The translations under genes were made by a program, and so were the position numbers. A stretch of DNA of 64,000 nucleotides from Lama guanicoe (taxonomy: Eukaryota). The notes beneath the pieces were generated by a model. That model saw only the letters and a program-made list of their open reading frames with translations. It was not told the DNA's origin and ran no database searches. The DNA lies in the NCBI GenBank assembly GCA_013239625.1, contig MU054049.1, positions 2,297,892 through 2,361,891 of the forward strand, in the 5' to 3' direction. Shown here in pieces: positions 1-13,124 of the stretch. Numbering within the stretch: the stretch's first letter is position 1; each line of letters starts with the position of its first letter.

Positions 1-1704
1 AAGGACAGTCAATAATAGGGGTGGTAGCCCTTTTCGAGGAGAAAGCTGAGGAGGGGCCCGTGGTGCTGGGTGGGTATGGGAGCATTGCTGGGGGAGCAGG
101 GGAGTCTGAATGCTGGGTGACCAGTGCAGTGTGGCAGAGCAGAGGGAGGCCGGGCTTGGCGCATTGGGGTTACATAGGGGGTTTCAAGCAGATCTTTTAG
201 ATTGTTGAGGGGGTGCACGTGCTTAAAGAGATTACGGACATCATTTGTCACCTAACTCATTTGGCTTTAGAGGAGGAACCTTAGCATTAGTTTGGAGTCA
301 TCTTTCTTATCTCCCATGTTCCTGTCAGTAGCATTCTCCCAGGCTGTAGGTTCACTCACCACGTGAGTAGCCTGGGCAGAAACTCCTTTCGTCCCAAGTG
401 AGTGCCCATTGGGAACCTCTTTTGGGATGGGGGCATTTCATCCCAGAGACGCCTGCGGTTTTCCAGATCACCAAGCAGCAGTTGTCCATCTGGAAGCCTT
501 CTTGGTGGTGGAGGTGTTCCTAGAATGGTGTATGTCGCATTTTTGTATCCCTGCTTTTATTTGGTCTTTGCAGCAGCCCTGTGGATTATTGACCTGATTT
601 TTAAATGATTAAATTCCTGTTGCCAGAAGTATGCTCTCGGAAGGTGGTGTGCTTAGTGGAGTGGCCCCAGAACACACAAAGACTGAGGACTTTGGAGTCA
701 AAAGCCAGTGCTTTTGCTACCACCTCAGAATTTTCTCAAAGGGGAACTATTGGAAATAAAAAGATATTTCGATTATATTTGTAAAGTTAAGTATTTAAAG
801 GAGGCCTGTAATAAGGATCCTTTTGGGTGGTAAATAACTCAGAAACCCAGCCCTTTTACCATGTTATTTCTGGTGATTTGGGGTCTTTTTATACTTACAC
901 TTATAGTTTCTGGGAATGTGAAGCCATCTTTGCTCAGAAATCATTGCTTTCAATGTAATTTATGGAAAACAAGTTATATTTGCAAGATCCCCAACAGGAG
1001 CTTCAAGATCTGCTTTGGAAGATGAGCCCTGAGAAATCCCTTCAGCTGTTTCCTTCCCTCTGGCAGTGCTATGATACATGCCCCTCGTTATGCTGGGGAG
1101 ACGTTATTATTCATGTAATTCCAGCTCTCTCGAAAAGGCCACCAAAGAAAAGAATTCAGTGTTAGCACTACTCAGTAGGCAATGCTGAGAATCATTTATA
1201 ATGGAAATCATTTTAGAATTCAGTAGTTTTTATTGTTTGCTCTCCTCCATGAATTCTATATTGTATATATTCTATATTTACTTTTTAATGGTCAGTTTTA
1301 ATTAATCACTGTTGTGAAGGTTGGTTCTTGGCACAGCCCTTCATCAAGAGTCAACATGAATCATTCAGAGCAGCTACAGAACTGGCCTCTCCTTTAATTG
1401 TGGATCATCTTTGAGGTTGAATACAACTGGGTATTTATTTTTAGAAATCAGAATGCCTTATAACGAAGCATTTGTTTTCACAGAGGAACTTCTGTGCTAA
1501 GCAGAAAGTCTGCTGAAATGCAGCCTCAATCTGTACACTGCAGAGTCTAAATGCCGAGGGCAACTGGTGGGCTTTATTACATGAGGTCAGGCCTGCTGAG
1601 CTGGCAGTAAGGCGCCGATCACTATCTCTTGGAATCTCTTGGTTTGGGAGTAGGAGGGCAGTAGCGTTTAGTAACCTCCTAAGCAGGAAATAAAGGTAAG
1701 GTGG

Positions 1705-2138
1705 CCTGGTAAGCAGAATTTCTAAAGTGGCCCCCCAAAATGTCCCATCCTGATGCCCAGAACCTGTGACTATGATGAGGTATTGCTGCCGGGATCATTG
1801 TGTGATGGAGTCACGTGAGCTCTTAAAAGTAGAGAGCTTTGGCAGGTGGGAGAGATTGGAAGTGAGAGTGGGCTTGAAGACAGGAGGCATGGATGGGGAG
1901 TGCAGGAGTGCCGGGCTGCCAACCAGCAAGGAAATGGGGACTCAGTCCTAAAGCTGCTAGGAGCTGCCTCCTGCCAACAGCCTGAGTGAACATGGAAGTG
2001 TGTTTTTCCCCAGAGCTGCACAAAGAAGGGAGACCCTGAGCACAGGGTCCCATCACGCTGTGCGTCAGATGATACATGTGTGTAGTTCTGAGCCACTAAG
2101 TTTGTGGTAATTTGTTACCTGGCAGTAGAAATCTAATA
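1705..2138 (+). mobile_element. MaLR (MLT1-type) solo LTR
   Basis: Start gcagaatttctaaagtggccccc and end ctgagccactaagtttgtggtaatttgttac...agtagaaatctaata are characteristic of MLT1 LTRs. Confidence 0.75.
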
Positions 2139-2899
2139 TGGGTGGCAAATGCTGTCTGTGTAGAGGAAAGACCTCTCTTGGGAGCTGTCAGAGCCCTTCA
2201 CCTCTGAAATCCCTGTGCTGACAGTGTAACATGCTTTCTTGATTTAGCCATCTTCTTCTTTTATTTATTTCGATATTTTGAGCTGGGTTTTTTTTTTTTT
2301 TGGTTAGAAATACAGTAATGCAATGATTTTCAGTTTATGGTGACCATGATGTTTTGTAAGAAACAGTTTTTACATCAAAACTCATTACGTTGATACACAC
2401 AACTGAAAGAAAAAATTCCCCCCAAAGACCTAATCATCATGTCAGATACACTCTGACATCTTCTATTTTATTTCATGTTTTAAACTGTAGGTCATGATCC
2501 ATTAAAATCAGTTTCTTTACCAGTTTTCCCAGAGTTGGAAAATCATCACAGTTGGTCATGCAGTTTTTTTTTTTACTTCTTAAACTTCCAGTCACATGTT
2601 ATTTTCAAAAATGAATTTGTGTTTAGGAAATACTTGTTCATGGTAAAAAGTGGTGTAAGGTTGGGGACGTGTCATGAAAAGTCGGTGTCCCTCCTGCCCG
2701 CCTGCCTGCTCTCCTCCTGTGTTTCAGGAAACCACTATGGGGAGCCACTGACAGTCTGCATGCGCCAGTGTGCATGGTGCGGCTCTCCCCCGCCTGCTCC
2801 CTCTGAATACCCATTACTGTCCACAAGCTTTCCCTCCTCCTAATGACTGCCCACGTTCCTTTCTGTCATACTGTATTGACTGAATCAGCTTTAAGCCCG

Positions 2900-3215
2900 T
2901 GGGCATTGAGGTCATGCCAGCCCTTTGCTCCCACAGATGATTTTGGATAAACCTCTTCGTGTGTATGTATGAGGATGAATTCCTAAAAGAAGACTTGCTG
3001 GGCCAAAGTGTATGTTCATTTGTAATTCTGAAAGAAATTGCCGAATTGCCATCCTAGGAGGGAGTTTTACCAGGTTGCTTCCCCACTGGCGTATGTAAGC
3101 ATGCCTGTTACCCCACACTTTTGCCAATATGGGTATTTGATTTTTTTTAAACTGTTTATCTGTTGTTGACGGTAGTATTTCTCATTGTGAGAGAGAAACA
3201 TCTCATGTTTCAAGA
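2900..3215 (-). mobile_element. Old L1 (L1ME-like) fragment
   Basis: Contains ggatgaattcctaaaagaagacttgctggg and ccactggcgtatgtaagcatgcctgttacccc motifs of the L1 ORF2 3' end. Confidence 0.55.
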
Positions 3216-6200
3216 GCCATCCATCTATCTGTACCACCTTGTCCATGTTTGATTAAGTCATTGATTTGATACACGGTAATTTGAGGGCATTTGTAAACAT
3301 GAGCCCTCTTTGCATCTTGCCCTTCTTATCCAGTCCTTCCTCAAGTTCCTCCTGGCTTAAAAGCAGTCAGACCCAACCAGACCATTTCTTGTGGCTCTAC
3401 ACCTGCTGATGAAAATCAGATGGGCAAATTCACTTTTGTCAGGGAGCAAAATGTTTTAAAAGTAGCTTTGCCGGTGAATGAAAAGAAGGCCCAGTGGGGT
3501 TTTGCAGTAGAGGAAGAGGAAGTGGCCGAGAGGGAGGTTGAGAAGTAATTCAGTGGAAGGAGCAAGGGAAGGAAATGAAGCAAACAGCAAGCAGAGGAAG
3601 GTTGGGGTTGGGGAAGTTACAGCTGGGGTCCTGCAGGCAGGAAGTGCCCTCCAGTGTGAAATTGGTAAGTTCCTACCGGGCTCTGAGAACCTGACTTGCT
3701 GAGTCTCTTGTGAGGGCCCTTCCAATGGCAGTAAGTCCTCTTAAAAGAAAGCAGAGAAAGGGGGCGTGCCAACTTCTACAGGGATATATGGAAAGTTTTC
3801 TATTCCTTACATGTTTTTGGCAGCCTTGATAAAATCAATTTAAAACAATGAGTCTGCTAGCAAAGCAAGTGAGTACAGTGAAACAAATTTGTCATTCCTG
3901 AGAAATAAAAGCAACTGGGATGTAGGCCTAGAGAGAATCCAGAGGTTTGTTTGGCATAATTGATTACAGCATCTTAAGAAGAGGGGATTTTTACAAAAAT
4001 TTTTTTGTGGTGAGATTGCTTTACATTCCTTTCATGACCGGAATGTCTCTTGTGTGAGAACCAACAAAGAACTTCAGGAACAAAGTGCTTAAGTTTTCTC
4101 CACGCATTTGAATTTTCTCTTTATGAACATTTACACCTTTTATGAGCAACTGTTGAATCTGGTGCAGTCTGACCCCTGGGCAGGGGAGAGAGTGTTCTCC
4201 GGAGTTGTGTGGGGGCAGAGCCTCCTTTTCCCCTGAGCTGGTGCTGCCCATCGCCTACCACACGTCACCCTGCCGCTGCTCTCAGGAAGAGCTGGGGAGC
4301 TGCCAGGGCTCCGAGCCTGAGAGGGGACTGCCAGCCCCTTGACTTCCCTTGACTTCCCTGGCTGGACCTGGAGCTGTGTCTGAAGGTCTTGGCTTCATTT
4401 TGTCATCATTGTCATTGATCAGGCCAGTCTTTTAAATTCTCATTGGTAGGTTGATAGATTTCACTCAGCCTGATACCAGCAATAAGTTAAGCTCTTTAAA
4501 ATTGCTGACCCTGTGCTTTGGTGATCATTCTGCATGTGGGCTGGTCCTGAACATCAGTGGTGCACCTGTTCAGCTGGTGCCAGGGAGCCTCTATGGGGCT
4601 GTGGTGGCCCCATGAATCTTGCCCGTTTTCTCCCTCTTATGGAGAAGGAACCAGGATAAGGTATTTTTTTGGTTTGTATTTATATAAAACAACATAAATA
4701 GATTTTTAAAATTTCCTTGAAACTTCATGATCTCGTAAGAAGGGAGACTTGTTCTCTGCTTTGGGAGGCTTGTCGAGGCTTGGATGTTACCTGCTGAGAA
4801 TGTCTCATGATGTTTTTGGTGGGATTGGAGATGATGAAATGAGGGTGGGAACGTAGACAGAGGATGCTGGGACTCTTCCTGTTTCCCAGATAAACAGAGA
4901 GCAGGGCCTTGGGGCTTCCCCCGTCACGCGGGCCCGCCGGTCTGCTGCAAGCACAGACACGTGCATGAGTTTCTGAACACACCTGAGACGGAAACCTCAC
5001 GGGGAAGGGATCACAGGCCCTGTCAAGTGTGTGGAGAGTCTGGCTGCCTCCTGATGCAGGTTTCATTCTGCTCTGAGGCTCTTCCCTTGTCCTACTGAGC
5101 CTTGCCCCCATCGTGGGCATATGATTCTGTGATCGTTAGCCGGGACTTCTACCTCCTTTCACGTGAATTAGTTGAAGTTCAGAACAAGACTGCGAGGCCA
5201 TTTTATCTTGATTTCAGTGTCCTGTCTGAGACCTGCCTCCTCCCAGGACACTGACTCTGGGAGGGCCTCACTCTCCAGATAAGACCCCACTTTCCTTTCA
5301 CAGGGTTTGCCTTCCCTTCAGAATACAGGAAAATAAATATGCATGGTTTCAAGAGGCTCCTGTCCTTTGAAGATAACAGGGAGGGAGATAAGGAGGTATT
5401 GCCCCCGTCTTCTGGGTGAGCTGTCTCCGTTCCTCATGTGGGGAGGGGACTTCCTTCTGTCCCTTAGTCTGAGCAGCTAAACTTGACCCAGCAACATAGA
5501 GGAAGGAGAGCTGACCTCATAGCAGCAAGAAGAGAAGGGCATGAATCTAGCCAGACATTCCTGTTGGTGACAGGAGAAAGTTGGTGACAACTCCTACTTC
5601 TCCGCAGGACACCATGACCAGCCTGCGGCCTTCATGACACTTTGCTGGCCTTGCCTACCGATGCCGAACAGAGCTGGTCACCCTCACAAGTTAAAGAAGG
5701 GAGCAAGACGTTCAAGGAGGCTTCCTTCTCAGAGTGGGGTTAGGACTGAATATTGGAGACCAGGCAGATAGTAGGAGCTGGGGACATTAATGTGGCTCTC
5801 CTCCTTGGCTTCCCTGCAGTGACAATAGGGAAGGCCCTGTGTGCTTATCTCGGGAGAACAGACAGAAGAGCCGTGTTTTCTGGACGAGTGGAGCCTGTGA
5901 GGACAGCCCGGGAGGAAGGCACAGGAGAAAGCAGAGGGGAGGGCCTTGTGCAGTGGGAATGTCACAGCATAATGTAGAGAACTACCCCCCCCCCACGCAC
6001 ACACACAGTTTTGTTTTAGAATCGTGACCAAGTAGTGCAGGGTTATTTGGGGGATGTCATTTTTGTGTCTCCAAATAAACTTTAGATTCTTAAGAACTTT
6101 GACCAGCAGTGCTTTTACAGGAAATGTACCTAGTGTTCACATGCACATTCACTTAGAAAATAAATGTGGATTCTTTGGTGACTCAGAAGATGTGCCCATT

Positions 6201-7567
6201 GAGTAATGTTGCATAACCTGAGCATTCCATGTGGCATGATAACATGTCACTTCTTGGGTCAAGCTTCTTTAGGTTGAGTTGGATTTAAAATGATGTTTCA
6301 GCCGTATGTTGTGAACACCTCAGTCAGAGGGCCAGTTCTGTCTGGCTCTTCCCAGGCTGGTGCGTTTGCTGGAGAGGGGTGTTGGGGGAGTTGCCCTGGC
6401 TGCTGATGCAAGGCAGAGGTCCCACGGCTGCAGTGCCAGAATGAGGGTACGCCCCTGGGGGTGGCACTTAGCAAGCGTCAGGGCTAGGCCTCAGCCGGGG
6501 GATGGTGACCAGAGTGGGGCTCTCCAGAATCAAGGGCAGGGCTGAGGGCCACTTGAGTGGGCCTGGACAGGGTGGGGAGGTGATGTTGGCTTGCTGTTGA
6601 TAACAGACTCACAGTACTGTCTTCACGTGGCCATGGCGGGTCACATGGAACAGATACTCAGGCTAAGCGTCCTAAGGAGGGAAGAACACACGTGTTGCTG
6701 TGAGGGCCGTGAAAACTCAGGACTCAGTTTGGACAATGCCCAGTGAGGGCCCCACAGAGGCTGGAGCCGAGTTTTGCATCCTCACTGAGCTGCACTCCAT
6801 GTTCCTATTTCTCTCCTACTTCTCTTCCCACTGTGGGACTTCCTCCCCGCCCCGATCTTTCCTCTAATTTTGATTTATTCACGATCCCTCAGAGCACCTG
6901 CTCTGTCTCATGACCTCTTGCTATACTTCCTTTTGAATTCACACATTTTTTTATTATTTTCTTAATGCACAGTCCCAAGATGAGAACTCTTGGGCCATTC
7001 TGTGCTCAGCCCCCTCCTGGGCCGGGTTGAGTTGTGGATGGGTGGCCCTGTGCTCAGGTGGCCTCAGTTTTGTACAGAGAGCTCCTACAGGGCAGTGAGC
7101 TCTCGTGGACCAGCCGCCAGGTGGCGAGGGAGGAGGGGCTCTCACATTCTGCCAGCTTTGCCCAGGGCTCTCCCAGGTACCAGGTCAAAGAGTACCAGGT
7201 CGGGGAAACAGTGCCGAGGGGGATGGTGCCTTGTGTTTCTTCTGCATTTCCGTATACCTTCTGCTGCTTGGTGTCTTGACTTACGTGTGAGCTAATTAAG
7301 TTCAGATGCTTAGAAAATAAATGACCACTAAGTCTACAGGAGGTTGTCTGTGCTGCTCCAGAATCTCAGATATTTCTTGGCTACACTTTTACCTTCACCT
7401 GAGAAAAGAGGAGTGCTCCTTGATTTGTTCCTACCTCAGCTCTTAGGGACCTAATACGTGCTATTCACTGAGCAGTGGGAAAAGGCAGACTCCTTGCAGT
7501 TTAGGAAGAGGTGGTGTTTGCGGTCCCTGGCTCTTCCTGAAAACTGACTGGAGGTGTGTTGTTGCAG

Positions 7568-7650
7568 GCTGGGGGTTCCTCGGTGGCGTCTGCTCCAGTG
7601 TCCGCCTTCTCTCGCACTTCTGTCACACCCTCCAATCAGGACATCTGCAG
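7568..7650 (+). CDS. MARCHF8: MARCHF8 coding exon (AGGSSVASAPVSAFSRTSVTPSNQDIC/R)
   Basis: Acceptor ttgcag|gct and donor tgcag|gtaacg; 83 nt, phase 0-2. Matches the MARCH8 pre-RING segment and ends in the first RING Cys. Confidence 0.93.
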
Positions 7651-7882
7651 GTAACGCTCTGCTTCAGACACTACAACAGCTTGTGTGCATCCCAGAAATA
7701 AGCCTTCATGTCTGTAGGTTCTTGGTTCTCCATATGCCTCTGCTCTAAACAGTCGACCCAGTCTTATGTGCTGTTTGCTCAACAAGTTACCACGCGAGTC
7801 TCACTTCTTCACTTTGATGTCTATTCTCTTTTAAAACTGTTTTTACTCTCTGTGCTTTTATTCCACTGTTCTCTGCATGCAG

Positions 7883-8728
7883 TTCCAGTGCAGTGTTTTC
7901 TGAGTGTTGTCACCACAGTCCCGTGCAGTCTGCTGTTGTCTTGAAAGCTCCTCCGTGCCAGAGTCCTCTGACCCAAGGGCTCACTGTGACAGTTATCTGT
8001 CAAGACACAGTACAGGCGTCAAAGAGGAATTCCTATGGCTCAGATTGGGTCCAGGCCTCAAAGCCTGCTAAGAATACCAAAGCCAGAAGAACACTAAAGT
8101 TCTCAAAATCCCTAAATGATATGGGTGAGAAGGCCCAGGACATTTGGGGAAGTTCTGACTATGTGGAGAGAACATGCTCTGAAGGGAAACTGATGCGCCC
8201 CCAGGACCCCTGTGTCAGAATTAACAGGTTCCACCATCAAGAAAGAAGAACACTGAATTGCAAACCTCTGGGCAGTTCCAAATATTCTTGCGTCTCATCC
8301 CTTTCGGCCAGTCGTTCTGCGGCCTCGGAGGTGGGAGCTGGCAAGGGGGACATAAACGTCCCGCTTGTGGAGGAGAAGGCGGATGGCGAGGCCATGTCCA
8401 GAAGCCGGCGACTGCTCCGGTGCCTGTTCTCGCTGGCGCACGGCTCGAGCGCCGGCAGCCTGCAGCGGTTCCACGAGCTGGAGAGCCGCGCCGCTGCCCG
8501 GCACGCCGCCAAGTCCTCCAGCGGGCTGGCGGGGAGCGCCGGCTTCTGCTCCGACGACATGGGGGATGACGACGTCTTTGAGGACAGCGCCTCCCCAAAA
8601 CTGAAGAGCAGGGTCCTGCGGGCGCCCCTCTGCTCAGTGGAGAAGGACAGCGACCTGGATTGTCCTTCCCCCCTCTCTGAAAAATGTCCCCCCACTTCTC
8701 CCGTGTCCGCGTCAGCGGATGCCTGCAG
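7883..8728 (+). CDS. MARCHF8: MARCHF8 alternative (cassette) exon of the long isoform, 282 codons
   Basis: Acceptor catgcag|ttcc and donor tgcag|gttggt; 846 nt, phase 2-2, open throughout (lies within ORF 7893..8822). Translation SSAVFSECCHHSPVQ...GDDDVFED...SPVSASADAC resembles the insert of the long MARCH8 isoform. Confidence 0.9.
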
Positions 8729-10177
8729 GTTGGTTTGCCGAGAACCACTGTTCTGGCCATCTCTGCTCCCTACACCTCCATGGCCTCATCTTGCTTTAAT
8801 ATGTGAAGTTTCAGGAAAATGAATAGGCAGCTGTAGGCAATTATGGATTAATAGTTTTCTCCGAAAGAATAGAGTATCGATATCATTGGGAAAACCAATT
8901 TTTATGACCTGGGCCCCAAGATAGTTTCACAGATGATAAAAGAGGAAGAAGCTACACATATTAAAGGCCAAGCTGTCTCTTCTCAACTTAAAATAAGTAG
9001 CCTTTGCATAAAGAAATTGGAAGAAAATAGTTTCTCCAGTCCTCCAGCTTGATGGTCTAGATAGTAAGCACTGGCTGCCCCTCCCAGCCGCATTTTTACC
9101 CCTTGCTCCATCTGCAGCACGATGTGCCTGCGAAAGGGCTGTTCTTCAGCTCCTTCCTTCCTTTTTTATTTTTATTTTTTTTAAACTTGGATGCAGCCAC
9201 CTCTACCCAGGTCCTAACTCTACTTCCCACCTCCCTCTTCCCGGGTGGAGCGTCCTTGTCAGGCCTCCAAAATCTTTCAGAATTCACTTTTGTCACCACG
9301 CTTATGCCTTCCCCATTCTAACCTTCCCTCGAGCCTCCATCCCCGTCAGGGCCAGCTGTTACCATTTCTTTTAACAGTTGGATCAGAAACCCCTCTCCCA
9401 GAAGCAAACAGCTGGCCGGCTGGCCTGGGCCAGAGCCCAGCTCCTTTCAGGCCAGGTGTCCCTTCCCGCTCTCCAGCTACTGGAAAGACCTTTCTGTTTC
9501 TCAAAAGTCTGTTCAGTTCCTTAGTAGCTGCATCCTGTTGCATGCACCCTTAGGGATAATGAATGATTTAAAATTCTCACTTTTTGCTATGAGTGGTCCT
9601 GAAAAAAGAAAAAGAAATGAAATTGCAGCACCTTACAATGGATTTTCAGATCCAGGAGAGGTTCTGTGGTTTCTCTGTTCACTCTCTGAGAAAGGACAGA
9701 AATCTGTAGTTGTAGTGTGTGAAGGTGAGCTCAATGATTGGAACCATCAAGCAAATTTCATCAGCTTTTCAAGTCCCTGATATTTTTGAAAGGTAGAGTG
9801 CTGGTTTTGTTTTACACAGTTTTACCTCTAATTATTTTAACGTCATAAGTTCTGAAACATGCTTCCGTGTTGCCTTAAATTCGTCTTTTAGTGAAGTTCT
9901 TAAGTCTTACCAAAAATGACTGCTTTGTCATTCCTTGTATCAGTTTTTCCTCTCTGAAGCCAAATGCCATGCAGACTTTCCGTGTTGGTACGGTAAGCTA
10001 GAAATGTTTAGTTTGTAGTAATTGTTTTCATTTGTGTTTGTATGTTTCTGTGTTCTTAGTCATTTTGTGATGTTTGTTTCTGAAAGTTTTCCTCGGGGGG
10101 GATCGACCTTCCACTGGAGCGTCGTTCTCCCCGTGGTCCGGCACCCCTGGGAATGACCAGCTGTCCTTCTACCGTAG

Positions 10178-10358
10178 GATCTGTCACTGTGAAGGGGATG
10201 ACGAGAGCCCTTTGATCACGCCATGCCACTGCACGGGGAGCCTCCACTTTGTGCACCAGGCCTGCCTGCAGCAGTGGATCAAGAGCTCCGACACGCGCTG
10301 CTGTGAGCTGTGCAAGTACGAGTTCATCATGGAGACCAAGCTGAAGCCGCTGAGGAAA
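10178..10358 (+). CDS. MARCHF8: MARCHF8 RING-CH exon
   Basis: Encodes [60 protein letters not shown]. Acceptor ccgtag|g, donor aaa|gtatgt; 181 nt. Confidence 0.97.
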
Positions 10359-12252
10359 GTATGTGTGAGGACCCCCGCGGAGAGGCGTGCCTGGGGCTGG
10401 GCGCCTTGGGCTGGGTGGAGCCCCAGTCGGCTGGTGTCCGTTTGTTTAAGCAGGAGCTGGTGTGGACATTCACGTTGCTGGTAGCGATCTCCAGGTCCCT
10501 CCTCTCAGGAAGAAGCTCTTTCTGACCATTCCTTCAGACTGTTTTCTTTCTCCTTAAAACTAAGACTGCTTGCTTGTCTGTCTGTGTCCGTCATTTGGCC
10601 CCTGACCACAGACTGTCCTGTGACATCGTTGTCACTTTTAACTTGATACGTATGAACTGTTCACACTTTGCCTCTCATTAGGACCGTACAGCGGAGCTTA
10701 GTCTCCTTTCTCCCCAGCATAACGTAGTAAATTTAATTCTATATTGCTGTAATAAGTATTTGCTAGATGGGAGGGCGGAGGCAGAAAGGAAGGAACCACA
10801 GGTGTTCTGTGAAACACAACTCTTGTCAGGCCTCGTGTCCTTGCTTCCTCTGAGAGGACCCTCGTCCGGCACTCCCTCCTGGGCGGACATTGGCTGCTTA
10901 GTGCGTCTGTGTGCTCAGCTTATGGAGAGATTTTGTTTGAAAGAGTAAAAGACATGTTCTTCTCTCAAAACTGTAATACGTAAATCACAAGGGGCATCAC
11001 AGAATCAGGTAACAGCACTTGGCAGTGCCAGTTAAATGCTAATTTCTGTGGCCGTATCAGATGTTCAGAGGAGGGAGTATTCATGGCGGGTTGGAGTGCC
11101 GGGGAAGCAGCGTGGTGGTAGCATTGCAGAATGTTGGGGTGTTGGAGCAGTTCTTCAGGGATCGTTAGGATTTGGGAGGGTGGGGTGAAGGAGCTTAGAG
11201 AGGTCAGATTGTCTCTGGAGAAAAGCACCCACCAAAAAGGAAGGGCGAGCATTTCAGGGGAGTGTGAAAGGCTTGAGCTGAGTGTGTCTTAGAAGATCAG
11301 GGGAGCATTTTAGGAGGGAAGCCCAATGAAGATAATTACAAAAACACAGCAGAAAGCAGTCTGGTCGTTCGAGAAGGCAGGCACAAGCTACTTAAAAAAC
11401 CTTCTGCCCCATAATTGATTGGGTACCTACTCTGCTGGTCTCTCAAGTGAGTCTCTTGCACTCATGGTTCACAGCTAATCCACGGGGCTCTGCTGTCAGC
11501 TTATCGTGCATGGAACCCGCTGGACAGAGGCTGTGAATGGGGCTGGCAGAGGATGTGCAGTGTTTACCCTTGTTCTTTTTCTCTACCTTTATGTGTTTTC
11601 TTCTGATTCGGAAACCGGTAAATGAAAAAGAAAATCTGGCTATTTGGAGTAAATTAATGAGCTCCTAGAGGAGATGGGACTGGCACAGACTGCTTGTACC
11701 AGGAACTCTTAGCATCGATTTCACGGTGTTGCTGCCAAAGTAGCAGAGGACCAAAGAGTGAGCGCCTCCCGCCATCACCTTCACGACGTAGTGTGACCCA
11801 TCTGCTAGTGTGTTGTGGTGCCATCAGCCCCCTTCTTCCCTCACTCATGCCGGTCAAAGTCAGGGAAACCTAAAACGTGCCACCTGGGTCTTGGGCCAAC
11901 ATGCTGTTTTCATCAGGCCTGGAGCCATAGCCTCCTTTATCAAGCCATTTAATGTCTGCTTGCAAGACTCTGCAGCCAAGGGGATTGCTGGTGGTGGTTC
12001 ATAGCTCATCTTGATCCCAGCTTCTTTTCATTGCATAGCAAGTTGGCTGTCGACAGAATACCAGTGCCTGGTACCTGGTTGAAGCCAAGTGATTTAAAGA
12101 GAGCGACTCTGGGTGTTTGGGGGAGATTCATCTAGTTTGGGAAAGGGGGAGGGAGGAGAGAAGCCAGTCTTACTCATCACCAAAGCCCTCACCCCATCGT
12201 AGTGCTTACGTCCGTGAGCCTGAGCCTCACGCTCTACCTGTTCTGTTTCCAG

Positions 12253-12400
12253 TGGGAGAAGTTACAGATGACAGCCAGCGAGCGCAGGAAGATCATGTGC
12301 TCAGTCACATTCCATGTCATCGCCATCACCTGTGTGGTCTGGTCCTTGTACGTGCTCATCGACCGCACCGCCGAGGAGATCAAGCAGGGGCAGGCAACAG
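12253..12400 (+). CDS. MARCHF8: MARCHF8 exon encoding transmembrane helix 1
   Basis: Encodes [50 protein letters not shown]. Acceptor ttccag|tgg, donor cag|gtatgc; 148 nt. Confidence 0.97.
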
Positions 12401-12819
12401 GTATGCGCTCAGAGCAAAGGTGCGCCCGGCGCAGAGGCCCTGGCTGCCACACTGGGTTTTCAGACTGGGGTGTTAATCTAGATTGCTTTTCAAGTCAGAC
12501 CTCAAATGTCTGGGCTGCTGGAGGGAGGCATCAATTATGAGGCACCATGCATCCTCTTTGGATGTTTCTTGGTGCTGTGGTAATAGTCCTTAAAACCTAG
12601 TCAGGGGAGATCAAGTCATGGAGCGAGAGGATCTCTACAAACCCCCCCGGAAGAGCAGGGTAAAAGGGAGTGGACACTCACTCTCTTCCACTCCTCCAGC
12701 TAAGCAAGATCTGATGAGTTAAGAATCTCTGGGTTACGGGAAGTTCGGAAATTGTGTTTTATTTACTTCACATCTTAAATAAGATCTTCTCATAGGCTCA
12801 TGGGCTTTTTTCCTTCCAG

Positions 12820-13124
12820 GAATCCTAGAGTGGCCCTTTTGGACTAAATTGGTGGTTGTGGCCATCGGCTTTACTGGTGGACTTCTTTTTATGTACGTTC
12901 AGTGCAAAGTGTACGTACAATTATGGAAGAGACTCAAGGCTTATAACAGAGTAATCTATGTTCAGAACTGTCCAGAAACAAGCAAAAAGAATATCTTTGA
13001 AAAATCTGCACTAACAGAGCCCAACTTTGAGAATAAAGATGGACGTGGAACCTGTCATTCCGACACAAACTCTTCTTCTTGCACAGAACCTGAAGACACT
13101 GGAGCAGAGATTGTTCACGTCTGA
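12820..13124 (+). CDS. MARCHF8: MARCHF8 last coding exon (TM2, tyrosine motifs, C-terminus)
   Basis: Acceptor ttccag|ga. Encodes [51 protein letters not shown]...EIVHV; stop TGA at 13122-13124. Confidence 0.97.

Larger units (their letters stand above)
7568..13124 (+). other. MARCHF8: MARCHF8 gene, 3' coding portion, 5'-partial: join(7568..7650,[7883..8728 cassette],10178..10358,12253..12400,12820..13124)
   Basis: The spliced translation gives a RING-CH domain, two TM helices and the MARCH8 C-terminus (...[13 protein letters not shown]). All junctions are GT-AG and phases are consistent. The N-terminal coding exons were not found and must lie upstream of the window. Confidence 0.97.

Noticed and set aside
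9..251. 80-aa minus-strand ORF at the window start
   Set aside because: No recognisable domain or splice support; it lies in a MARCHF8 intron and is consistent with a chance ORF.
8221..8760. Antisense ORFs of 179 and 152 aa over the cassette exon
   Set aside because: Expected by-product of high GC content and few stop codons opposite a coding exon; no independent features.
7893..8822. 309-aa ORF as a stand-alone gene
   Set aside because: It is the MARCHF8 cassette exon read past its donor at 8728, and it starts at an internal GTG.
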